From Octopus bimaculoides (Eukaryota), in contig NC_068985.1 in assembly GCF_001194135.2 (NCBI RefSeq), forward strand, positions 91,107,007 to 91,171,006: 64,000 nucleotides of DNA, written 5' to 3'. The position numbers and the translations under genes are program-made. Below the pieces are notes generated by a model, which was not told where the DNA came from, did not search any database, and worked only from the letters and a program-made list of their open reading frames with translations. Shown here in pieces: positions 52,552-64,000 of the stretch (positions are counted from its first letter, which is position 1; every line of letters starts with the position of its first letter).

Positions 52552-52859
52552 TATTAGTGTGTGCGTATAAGTGTGTACGTGTCAGTTCAAAATTACATGT
52601 GACATGGAGAACGTTTTGTAAATATCTTTACACACTCATACGCATATGTGGAGACTTGTTTGAAATAATCAGTATTTTATGCTTTAGTTCTAATCTACGA
52701 TTTTAATTAGTGTAGTAAATAATATATTTATGACTGCAGCATAAGAGCGGTTAGCTCTTATTTCTAGAAACGTAGGTGTTGATAACATATATTTAATGGA
52801 TGGCTATAGTTTTTTTGATAAACGTTACCCCACTGCTGCCTGATGTAAATATTTTTTTA

Positions 52860-53085
52860 TAACTCATGGTCGTAGGATTGCGGTTTAGATTCTCAGACTG
52901 AGTGATGTGATTGTTTATTGAGCGAAATCACCTAAAGCTCCGACAGGGAGTGGTGGCGAACCCAGCTTTACTCTTTCACCACATCTTTCTCTCACTCTTT
53001 CTTCCTGTTTCTGTTGTACATGTATTACAAAGGGTCAGCCTTGACACACACAGTGTCATGCTGAATCTTCCCCTAGAAACTATCT
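52860..53085 (+). mobile_element. Probable SINE, family D (diverged)
   Basis: A tRNA-like 3' head remnant (CTCATGGTCGTAGGATTGCGGTTTAGATTCTCAGAC) is followed by GGTGGCGAACCCAGCTTTACTCTTTCACCAC..AAAGGGTCAGCCTTG. I recognise it from recall as a cephalopod SINE body. There is no second copy in the window. Confidence 0.5.
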
Positions 53086-54954
53086 GCCGGTATGAATACA
53101 ATACCGTTTACAATAAGCCTATTTCTCTCTTTCTTTCCTCCTTTATTTATCATAAATTTAAAAAAAACGAGCGAGAGAAAGAACTCATTTATTATTTGTT
53201 TTTCATGTAAATGGTATTGTACTCATATGGTCGGCTTTCCTTCTTTGTTTTTTCTTGTTTTTTTCCTTTCTTTTTCTTTTCTCTATCTTTCTCTCTTGCG
53301 ATACTTTCATCTCTGTCCATCTTCTCTGCCCCTTAAGAGAAAGACCCTAACATAAATAAATCACTACGCGAACATACTTACTCACACATGCATACAAAGA
53401 GCGAATGAGAGACAGATGCCTTCTAAAGATCAAGATTGACATCTTGAAACATCATTAAGTTCAAAATCCTGTGAATCTACTGACCATAAATGCACAATAA
53501 ATCCCATCGTAGAAAAAAAAAACGAGAAAAAATGACCCTCTTGCTCTTTTATATTCTTCCTCCTTTCTTTCCGCTTTTTTTTTCTGTCTGTCTTTCTTTC
53601 TCTGTCTTTTGTTTTTTCCTCGTTACTCGGTTTTTCTCCCTCTGGCCCATCCGCCAAGCTTCACTTACTCACACATAGTTCTACGCATATATTCAAGCAC
53701 ATAGATACACACACGTATGTACGCAGACATATATAGGTAGATACAAATATAGGTATATATATATATATATATNNNNNNNNNNNNNNNNNNNNNNNNNNNN
53801 NNNNNNNNNNNNNNNNNNNNNNNNNNNNNNNNNNNNNNNNNNNNNNNNNNNNNNNNNNNNNNNNNNNNNNNNNNNNNNNNNNNNNNNNNNNNNNNNNNNN
53901 NNNNNNNNNNNNNNNNNNNNNNNNNNNNNNNNNNNNNNNNNNNNNNNNNNNNNNNNNNNNNNNNNNNNNNNNNNNNNNNNNNNNNNNNNNNNNNNNNNNN
54001 NNNNNNNNNNNNNNNNNNNNNNNNNNNNNNNNNNNNNNNNNNNNNNNNNNNNNNNNNNNNNNNNNNNNNNNNNNNNNNNNNNNNNNNNNNNNNNNNNNNN
54101 NNNNNNNNNNNNNNNNNNNNNNNNNTATATATATATATATTAGCTTAGTTTTTTTCCTTGGGGCTGGCCAGATTAGAGCAATCTCTCGTATAACCAGGCG
54201 AAATTGCAAAGATAATCTAGAACTCGACTAGGAATAGAAAACTCCGAATGACCCATCCTTCGTTGTTCGAAAAAAAGTTTCTTTCCCACGTTTTGTTTTA
54301 TATATATATGTAGGAAATAATGGCACAACGATGTACCATTATTTGCTGGAAATAGCAGTCGATATCTTTGTTTATGTATGTGTGCGTGTGTACTTTCAAT
54401 TTTGTGTGATTTAAAACAATTGAAATCACCCCGACTATTCCTTGTACACATGTTTCACTAATAGTAATCTGTTGACATATGTTCCTCATTACCCCTTCAC
54501 ATTCATTATACAAAACAAGTTTTTACAATTTGATTTACAGACAGCTTACGTAACAAAACGTAATTTAGAATAACTAATTATTTGTGAAAATATTCTCATA
54601 GAGGAAATTGCTGACAGCTCTTTGGAAATATATGGGATAATTTATATCCTAGAGCTCTCTACAGCTAATTAAGTTAAATCAATTATTGTGAAAACTGAAA
54701 ATGCTACGATTTAAAAATACTGATAAGGAAGCCGGGAGAGTGCAATTTTGCTAGGTTGATTCTATTTATTGGCTGGCACACAAATTTATTTGGGATAATA
54801 TATTTTTAAAGTATTTCTAATAGCTTTAGCTAAGTACCTGCTTCTAAAATTGTGTAGATTTAGTTTACATCGAAACCAGCTAGGTATGAGCCAACGTGGT
54901 GACATACAATTTGATACCACAAATTTCAGAAATATAATTAAAATTTCACTTCAG

Positions 54955-55290
54955 ATAGGCCCTGGGAAAGCATGTTCTCCTACGCCCTCGGGCCGGTTAA
55001 AACCGACGGAGTGAATTTGGTAGATGGAAACTAAAAGAAGACCGTCGTGTGTATCTGTGTTCGTGTGTGTGTTTTTATGTCTGTGTTTATCTCCTACCAC
55101 TGCTTGACAACTGGTTTTTGTGTGTTTACGTTCTAGCAAGCTAGTGCTTGGGCAAAAAGGAGACGGTAGAATTAGTACAATACTTTACAAATATCATTAC
55201 TGGTATAGATGCAATCATCATAAAGTTCTTCGAGACCGTGGCCTTGCAAGGCAGCAGTCTCATGACTGAAGCAAGGAGCAGATAAAGGGC
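54955..55290 (+). mobile_element. Family A SINE body plus 3' extension (diverged)
   Basis: CCTCGGGCCG..GTGAATTTGGTAGATGGAAACTAAAAGAAGACCGTCG, a short TG tract, then an extension homologous to 32865-33040. Confidence 0.7.
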
Positions 55291-55556
55291 GTGATGTCAA
55301 GAAAGAAATCTTCGTTTATATTTCTGGTTAGACTAAGATTAAAACAAACTACGTGAGAAGAAACATTAAGTTAACTAAATAGCAGCCTTATTTCAACGTG
55401 CACACGATTAGTACATCTTAGACGGCGAGCAATAAAACACCTCAATGCGAAAATCTATGATGGTATAAAGAAATAAATTTCAAATACATGTTATATCTAT
55501 GAATACAATTTTTGATGGAAAAATAAATATCTAAATAAGGAAATAAAAATTATCAT

Positions 55557-55560
55557 TATG

Positions 55561-55633
<73 letters not shown>

Positions 55634-55734
55634 GTAGTAGTAGTAGTAGTAGTAGTGTTGATGGTGGTGGCGGCNNNNNNNNNNTGGTGATAGTAGTTAG
55701 TAGTGGTGGTGGTGGCGGCGGCGGTGTTGGTGGT

Positions 55735-55766
<32 letters not shown>

Positions 55767-55804
55767 TAGAAATAGTAGTAGTAGTAGTTGCAGTAGTAGT
55801 ACTA

Positions 55805-55864
<60 letters not shown>

Positions 55865-55912
55865 GTAGTAGTTATAGTGGTATCATTGTTATCATCGCCA
55901 TCATCATCATTT
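55557..55912. repeat. Compound trinucleotide repeat ATT>AGT>GGT/GGC>AGC>AGT>ATC
   Basis: Seen directly. It includes a 10-N gap. Confidence 0.95.
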
Positions 55913-55914
55913 AT

Positions 55915-56045
55915 AGGCCGACCTTGGATTTTATCCTCGCGTCTTTATATGAAACATGTACCAATTGAACACTGGCGCCGAACATTGGAATCGACTAACC
56001 GCTTTTCCCAACATTGCCGGCTTTGTGCCAAAGCTTGAAACCATT
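55915..56045 (+). mobile_element. Family B SINE, 3' part (very diverged)
   Basis: TTTTATCCT..GTACCAATTGAACACTGG..AATCGACT..CTTTGTGCCAAAGCTTGAAACC resembles the family B 3' half. Confidence 0.45.
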
Positions 56046-56074
56046 ATGATCTTTTTTTATTATACTAGTCCTTC

Positions 56075-56295
56075 TTATCATGAAAACGGCGTGCTGACAA
56101 AATACTTAGCACTCTGGGTGAAATGATTATCCGGATTTCGTCCGTCTTTACGTCCTGAGTTCAAATTCTACCGAAGACGACTATGATTTTGACTCCTGGA
56201 AACTCGATAGTATTAGTACCTGATTAGTACTGGAATCGATATACTAGCCTACTACCCAAAACTTGTTGGCTTTGTACCTATAATAGGAAGATTTA
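56075..56295 (+). mobile_element. Family B SINE (diverged)
   Basis: GGCGTGCTGACAAAATACTTAGCACTCTGGGTGAAATG..TTTCGTCCGTCTTTACGTCCTGAGTTCAAATTCTACCGAAGACGAC. Confidence 0.75.
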
Positions 56296-56402
56296 CAAAT
56301 ATTTTAACAATAATTGGAAAAAGAAAAGGAAGAATAATTCTCATAATGAACTTACTTAGACACATATGTGGGGTTGTACGTATATGCATATATAGATTAT
56401 AT

Positions 56403-56615
56403 TTATTTCTTTATTGCCAACAGGGGGCTAAACATAGAACAGACAAACAAGGACAGAAAAATGGTTTAAGTCGATTACATCGACACCAGTGTGTAACTGG
56501 TACTTATTTAATGGACTCCGAAAGGATGAAAGGAAAAGTCGACCTCGGCGGAATTTGAACTCAGAACGGAAAGACAACGAAATTCCGCTACGATTTTCGC
56601 CCGGCGTGCTAACAT
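56403..56615 (-). mobile_element. Family B SINE, 5'-truncated, second unit of a tandem dimer
   Basis: The reverse complement begins AATGTTAGCACGCCGGGCGAAAATCG..GTTCTGAGTTCAAATTCCGCCGAGGTCGAC and ends in GCAATAAAGAAATA. Confidence 0.9.
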
Positions 56616-56851
56616 TTCTTATTTCTTTATTGCACAAAAGGGACTAAACATAGAGAGGACAAACAAAGAGAGACAAAAGGAGTAAGTCGATTACATCGAC
56701 CCCAGTGCGTAACTGGTACTTATTTAATCGACCCCGAAAGGATGAAATGCAAAGTCGACCTCGCCGAAATTTGAAATTAGAACGTAACGGCAAACGAAAT
56801 TCCGCTAAGCATTTCGCCCGGAGTGTGAACGTTTCTGCTAGCTCGCCGCCT
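56616..56851 (-). mobile_element. Family B SINE, full length, first unit of the tandem dimer
   Basis: The reverse complement reads AAGGCGGCGAGCTAGCAGAAACGTTCACACTCCGGGCGAAATGCTTAGCGG..TTCAAATTTCGGCGAGGTCGAC..GGGGTCGATGTAATCGACTTA. Confidence 0.9.
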
Positions 56852-59800
56852 TGCGTATATATACATTATATGATTATGCTACCTTCCTTGTTTACACATT
56901 CCATAGACCAACACATACCTTAAATGGTCTGCTTCTGCATTCGACTTTTGCGTCTCTATCATTCCAGTTGAATACAAATATTAAACTAATAGAATTTGGC
57001 ATATTTTGTGAGCACTTTAATAATTACAATCGTTTTAAATCAATTCGAAGAACGCAACTGTCGTTTTAATATTGACCGGGTTAAAGAAAGAATGAAATCT
57101 ACAAAATACTCATAAGAAGTGAACATATACCTTATTTCGAGAGTAATAATGTTCTGAAGTAGATTTAATATTTCCGTGGGCGAAAATTCGATTATGTATT
57201 AGTGTATATTCTACTTTTTCATCTTAATCATTGGCGTTTAGCTTCAAGAAATAATAACTCTTATGACCTCCAAAAGTATAACAATTTTTGTTCTATAATA
57301 TTAGCAGAATCATAATCATTGTATCACCTGAGTATATGTGCATACGAAACAGTAATTTTATATCTGACAGACTTCATGGAACAAAGCTTCATTTCATTTT
57401 TCTGTGTTCAAACAATTAAAAATAATGTAGGAACGTTATTTTCGACATGTGTGAATATATATCTCGCTATCTTTTAAACTTCATAAAACTGTATATTACT
57501 GGCTTGTATTTTGTCCTCTAGAAACTCAAGAAAAGTGAACGATTGCAAGAACAGCTATGCGATATACTTTATTCGTTTTGCAGTAAACCTGAACTCAGCA
57601 TTACCATGAACAGATCTTCTTACGCATAAAGATCACGCTCCACATCCTTTCTTCTATATGGCATTGAAAGTAAATCGTCATACTATCTAGATAGAAAACA
57701 ACAAAAGGGATTTATGTAGCAATCTGTGTGGCTAAATATATGTCAAATATTTCTCCAACACTTTTCAAGGTTAAAAATTATGTGTGCTTCTGAGCCAAAA
57801 GTTTTTCCTCACGTTGTGAAATGTAGGTAGACTTTTGGAATGAGCACCAAAGCTACTAAGTAGGAAGCAAATCGTTGGAACATCTGTTCAAGCACAGTTT
57901 TCAATAGAAAGATGTAAGATCCTTCACGTTCACGTAGCACGCTATAATATAGTTATGGTGTAACGCTTTATGTACTATTGCAGAATATCACACATTACTT
58001 CAAGGTACGGCATATCTCTGACAAAATATCTTTTATTTTTTACTGCTTTCGTTTAGACCGAGATAAGCCTCACTCCAAATGAAAAGTTATAAGAATAATG
58101 TAATTCCAGCTATAACTGTATTTGTGTAGCTCAGAAAAGTTGCGATTTAAAAGATGTGTCTGTCATCCCTATTAGACCGTCCGACCTATTAAACTTTATT
58201 TCATGGTCGCTTTTACTAAATTACTTTAAAGAGACGTTGCTCAAGGGTGAAACTATGGTTAAATTAGTTTAGGAAATACTCTGTTTCAATGTAATTTGCT
58301 ATTCAACATAATAATAAGAGACATTTTTAGACTCTACAAACACAAACGTTATGTTAGACTCAAGTAGATGATGAATTAACAGTTTTATTGATTTTATTTC
58401 AGTTAAAATTTCCAGCAATACCCAGGACACCTGATCAACAGACAATTACTCTGGATGACCATTGTCTGTATACAGCTGTTTAGAAAGTATTCGCTAATGA
58501 TGTTTGGGAATATAATCTAAAAGTATCACGCGCGCTGCACTATGCGAGCAACCAACGTTTAGCGTATGAAGTGTTATAAAAACAATTTCACCTTACAACA
58601 TCTCTCCAGAAAAACACTCATTTTCGAACATATGGACATGCTAGATTTCATTTCACAGGATATTTCTAGTGTTTTAATATACAAAAATATATGCGTATGT
58701 GTGTATGCAACTATACGTCAACGCCAGTCTGTATAAAAACTCTCTCTCTTTCTCTTTCTCTCTCTCTATCTCTCTCTCTCTCTGCATCTCTCTTCCTCAC
58801 TCACGCACACACACTCACACACACAACACACACAAACACAAACACACACATAGACAAACAAACACACACACACAAATGCTTAGAGATATCGCAGTTTTAT
58901 TTGTTATATATATTTTAAAATATAATTGCAGTAACCAATCTTCTTTTTACCGATACTGCCTGACGTATGCATTTTGAGGCCTTAACTTATTTAAGGAGAT
59001 TGTTGCTAAGTAACTACAACAAAAATCACTGGTAGCATACCTCAAAAATCTTGGTTTGGGAACTGTTTTATGTATTGCAATAGTAGGAGCGTAGATCAAC
59101 GAACTTTGTATTAATCATAATGCATAGATTCAGATGATTCTCAATTCATTCTGGATACTTTTGCGAGACACAGCATCACAATTCATCGAGAATTGAATTT
59201 TATTAAAGAATAATGAGCCTGCAGATGTATAGTTTCGGAACATTTGGTGGATTGTTACAACTTACATAAATCTTCATTTTCCACACAGTATTAAATGAAA
59301 TAACTAACTCAGGAAATTCTACTATTTTAATGCTCACAATTTTGAAATTGCTTATGACGCGGTAACACCAGATCGTTTTACCTTGAGTTTATTTCCCTAA
59401 AACAAATTTAGAATTGCTGAATTCTATTTTTATTACATATACGTAGAGATAACTAAATTGCAATAGATAAAGTCTCGTCTCTATATATATGTATAACTAA
59501 ATAATATATGTTAGATATAAAAATACATATGAACGCCTGGAATTGTTTCATACGCATATCGATATAACCTAAATGGAGGACAATAATTCTTAGAAACCGA
59601 AAAATAACCTACAAGAATCATTTGTTCGTACAGAGCAAATTTAGCGATTCAACTTGTTTCAAAAAATTAATGCATTTTATTTTTATTCGTAAAAAAACTG
59701 ATCTGCAAGTAATATTGTATACATCAGTTGGGAACATGAAATAGAATATTATTTTTATGTGTTGAAATATCAGTAGTTTTAACATTACTAATGCGATTAT

Positions 59801-60194
59801 CTTTTAGTTACAATGGAAACGCTAGTATATTTTGAAAGAATTCATTATCCGTAACCTGGTAGGATAGAATCCTTTTGTTGATATCGAAATATCAAAGTGT
59901 AATTTGAGTTGCATCGTGTTGGCTCATAACAAGATCATCAATGATCATGGATAGTGCCTTTGTTGATATTAGTTCATTCTTTGCAGGCAGTTATATAGAT
60001 TTATTTTGTTAGGCATAACTTTTCACATTTCAAAAAAAATGGAAGTGTAAAGTGTAATAAATAACTACGTCTGCAGAATAAATGTCCGAGTATTGCCTCA
60101 AGGTTTTACCTCATAATACAAGTCAATAAACTTGCGCTTGCTTCTATATATTATTTGCCAATCGCTACTCACCTAAATGCAGAGTCAGTCGAGC

Positions 60195-60400
60195 GTCAGG
60201 TTAAGCTGGCAGATGGTAGACGAAATGCTTAGCGTTATCTCGTCCGTGACTACGTTTTGAGTTCAAACTCCGGCGAGGACAACTTTGCCTTTCATCCTAC
60301 CGACTCGATAAAATAAGAAACAGTGATATACGGTGGTCGATGTAATTTATTTTCCCCTGCCCTCAAATTTCAGGCCTTATACGTTGAGTAGAATATTATT
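60195..60400 (+). mobile_element. Family B SINE (diverged)
   Basis: AAGCTGGCAGA..CGAAATGCTTAGCGTTATCTCGTCCG..TGAGTTCAAACTCCGGCGAGGACAACTTTGCCTTTCATCC..GGTCGATGTAAT, followed by an (ATT) tail. Confidence 0.8.
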
Positions 60401-60635
60401 ATTACTCTTTTTGTTCATTATGTGAATGTGCGTGCGTTTTCATCATTATTCTCTTTGTTTTATTGAATTTAACATGTCCCATGTTGTATCGCTGAAATCT
60501 ACAGGCGTTTTTTATTCTCTGTTTATTTTCTCTTGTTATTCCTTTCTGTGGAAGACCGTAGGATCGACACATAACATACTTTTACATTATTTCCCCCAGC
60601 GTCAAACTAATACACCTCATACATATATATGTAGA

Positions 60636-60673
<38 letters not shown>

Positions 60674-63600
60674 TTGATAGATAGACATATACACGCATAC
60701 ACACGTATATATATATATATATANNNNNNNNNNNNNNNNNNNNNNNNNNNNNNNNNNNNNNNNNNNNNNNNNNNNNNNNNNNNNNNNNNNNNNNNNNNNN
60801 NNNNNNNNNNNNNNNNNNNNNNNNNNNNNNNNNNNNNNNNNNNNNNNNNNNNNNNNNNNNNNNNNNNNNNNNNNNNNNNNNNNNNNNNNNNNNNNNNNNN
60901 NTATATATATATATATATATATATATGCACGTATACGGATGCATATTGTTTTCACAAACTTTTAGACGTGCATATTAACATTGTAACTGAACATTGATAT
61001 GCCTATAATGTCTGTCGACCCTTTCTTATTCTCTGAATTTTCTAACATAAAACACAGCGTCGTGATATAATGCTGCAGCACATAAGAAAATCTTCGCCAA
61101 ATTTGTACATATTAAAGAAGCTCTGTATCACTGTGTTATTCTATTTCAAATTTTCCAATTAATTTTTCTTCTATAATTAATGTTGTATAATATTCCTAAA
61201 TCTGTACACAATGCTAGTGTTTTCAGTTAAGATTATACGTATCACGAACGAAATCTAGTGACAAAATAAATTGAAGCAAAGAAACTTTCTATAATATTAT
61301 TTAATGAATATGAATCTGATTTCGTTTTGGGTTACAATGCAATTTTTACCAGAAAATTAATTTAAATATTTATATCACGTATCTATGTCCTATACATACG
61401 AAGTTGCATAACTTAGTACTTTGTACAATTTTGAATAAATAGAAACTGACGTCTATGATAGAACAAGCTCATTGTTAGAAATTAATAATATTCTTGTTGT
61501 AGACGAGTTGAATACTATAAAGATTATTGACAAGAGATTTTATTTACTCTGGATGTTCAGATGTACGAAACAGCTCTAATTTCGTCTCTCAATTATCACT
61601 AAAGCGTGTAATAACTTCACTTAATTATAGCCATACATTCAAAAGAATTGCTGCACGGAAGCTTCAGAGATAGCATGTAGTTGTAGATTCAAATGCTTTA
61701 TATTTATTTACTTAGAAAAGAATTTGCACGAAGGTATCTTAAGCAATATTGCATTAGAGTTTATTTAGCAAATGTTTTACAAATAACACTAGATTCATTG
61801 GAAATGTATATATTGAAACAAGTAATGAGGTGTATTGATCATTACAATTGCATGTATCATCTGTTTGTGTTAAATCACTTGAATTGTGGCCATATTTTTG
61901 TTAACACGTTGCCTGTTGAGAATCTCATTACCATTCTCTTTTACATTGATCTCTGATGGTTTACGCTCTCCTGCACAAAACGAATGTTGACTTCCTTTCG
62001 TTTCTATTTAAAATATAATTCATATATACATAAGACATGTATATATGTGTGTTTCTGCGTGTGTGCATGTCTGAGTGTGTGTGCGTGGTTTTGTGTATAT
62101 GTGTGTGTGTGTGTGTGTGCGTGTCTCTGTGTGTAAATTGTTATCACAAATGTATCCGTATATGTACAAATACCTGTAAACACTCACGCATGTATATATA
62201 CATATACGTATAAACACAAAACTCTACAAATAGTGATTGCAGAGTTTACGGAAGCGTGGAACTTATATTTATATTGTGATGTTTGTACGGGTTAGTTGTC
62301 TTGTAGTCTCTTGACTAATCGGACATGGTAGACATACTTATAAAACGCAATAACAAATATTAATTTTTTTGTAAAATTTGCTGAATTTATATTCCAACTA
62401 CAAGTTATGGATCTATTTGTACAAAAAACAACACAGCCATATGTGTATATTTGTTTGTGTGTGAGTATTCGCGTATACTTGCGTGTCTTTACGTGTGTGT
62501 GTGTCTGCCTGTGTGTGTACGCATGCGTATGCTTAGATATATATTTGTCTGTACTGATTCATCCGTACATGATTATATTGTAGGATGTGTCAAGTTAAGT
62601 GCATCAACTAATACATAAAATAGAGGTTTTGAATACAATCGATACAGTATGCAACAGAAAGAAGCGCAGAAATACAGACTAAAATAAAAGCGATAATTTA
62701 CTGTTCTAACTAGAGACCACAAAAGCCTCCATTACGCAAATTGATTAAGTAAATTTACTTCACAGTATGTACACAATCCATGTCTCTCTAAACATTTAAA
62801 GAGTTACTAAGCGAAGCCCAGAGGTGATCGAAAGTTGTCGGCCGATTCCTGGTATTATTCCTTCGGTTTTACCTTCATCGTGATATTTCATCTACAAAAT
62901 CTACAAAGAGGGTTTACAATTTTACATGTCAAATATATTATTAAATGCCCTGCGAAATTTGAAATATTTAAAAAAAATGATGACGATAGGCACCTTAGTA
63001 AGATAGATAAATACAACGGGTAAGTCCGAGTTTGTGTTTATATGTATATATATATATATGTACGCATACAATACCCGAATATAGAAATACAAACGCTGGA
63101 GAATTTCAATATGGGTATACTTCTGAATACACTTTCAATTATTTATAATAGTCAGCTACATAACCTATATTACATATCATAATATCAGTACAAACTTTAT
63201 ATATTCACTATATTAACTGTTTAAACTTGAAAAAGAAAACATACATGTATCAATTGTTATCATAAACTGTACAACAAAGTTTTCGGTTTACTTGGCTTTC
63301 ATATTGAATCAGATACATTTCTAATCCTCTATGTTATAATCAGCGTATAACATGAAATCGGCACCTTATACAAGACACAAATAAATGCTATTTTTCAAAC
63401 AAAGAAATACAAAAAATGCATACATTGTTTGATAGGAAATGAGTAGCGTGATTATAGCATATATCAACATAATACTCAGCACGTTAACGAAAGTAAACTC
63501 TACAACAACTGATCTCAAATATCAAACTATGTGTTCCTATTTCGAAACGATATCAAATATATGAAAATTAAACAATAGTACGGAATTTTTTCTAGAAGTC

Positions 63601-64000
63601 AGACATTTATGAATTTCAGATAATATTAAAGAATGTGCGTCCAACAAATAAGTGAAACATTTCTGATAAGCATTAATAATAATTGTTTGTATTTTCTGCA
63701 CAACAAAGCCAGCAATATTGCAGTGTAGTGTTCGTTCTTTCCATCCACGTAATAATACGCCTGTATCTTATAATACAATAATGAGAGTATCAAAGATAAT
63801 CGGAAGCTCTATGAAATTTGGATTATAACAGAAACAGTCAGAAAAATTGCGAAATTTTTATGCGACATGTTATCATGTCCAGCAATCCGTTGGTTGAAAT
63901 GCACTAACGATATTATAAAGAGCACCAAAAATCTGCAATATTGGAAATGTGTAAATGCTAAATGTATCTAAAAAATACAACACAACGATTGATTCACACA

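Larger units (their letters stand above)
4333..60900. other. Assembly gaps: 13 N-runs, at about 4333-4632, 6560-6594, 7179-7481, 9044-9189, 12382-12690, 15703-15801, 20510-21021, 27749-27885, 29938-30507, 34271-34461, 53773-54124, 55675-55684 and 60724-60900
   Basis: Seen directly. Nearly all abut (AT)n or (CA)n tracts. Confidence 0.95.

Noticed and set aside
57984-58004. 21-nt micro-exon candidate (TTGCAG|...AAG|GTACGG)
   Set aside because: Such splice-like pairs are expected by chance in 64 kb, and there is no supporting gene.
58426-58475. GACAC-CTGATCA followed by a 9-bp hairpin
   Set aside because: G8 is absent and no GAAA follows the stem, so it is not a hammerhead.
4128-60997. Long ORFs containing X runs
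   Set aside because: They are open only because N-gaps contain no stop codons.
330-62217. ORFs made of YI, CV, HT, poly-I, poly-L, poly-S or poly-M runs
   Set aside because: They are translations of di- and trinucleotide microsatellites.

Overview
This is eukaryotic, AT-rich DNA from a gapped draft assembly, with 13 N-runs that are mostly flanked by AT/CA microsatellites. From recall, not from a search, the repeat families resemble those of coleoid cephalopods (Octopus). I can support no intact protein-coding gene. Most long ORFs in the track are artefacts of N-gaps or microsatellites. The window is a transposon graveyard. It holds several tRNA-derived SINE families, decayed LINE pieces (an RTE-like C-terminus with zinc fingers, CR1/Nimb-like 3' parts, an R4/Dong-like RT and an APE+YADD remnant), a deleted mariner, a solo LTR with an ATAT target-site duplication and a probable Penelope-type repeat. 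The main observation is a tRNA-headed SINE whose 3' tail carries a minimal type I hammerhead ribozyme. Four copies are present, two of them as a head-to-head inverted pair. Their consensus is NACAC-CUGAUGA-A-GGCUG/CAGCC-GAAA-CG-UU-GUGUU, with a palindromic ACGU stem III of the kind that cleaves as a dimer. Hammerhead-like cores with unrelated flanks also occur at 30.6 kb and 45.9 kb, and possibly at 62.9 kb. Other candidates are a CpG-rich promoter-like island near 17 kb, a near-perfect 22-bp hairpin at 43.9 kb and an exon-like stretch with an in-frame TGA at 23.2 kb.
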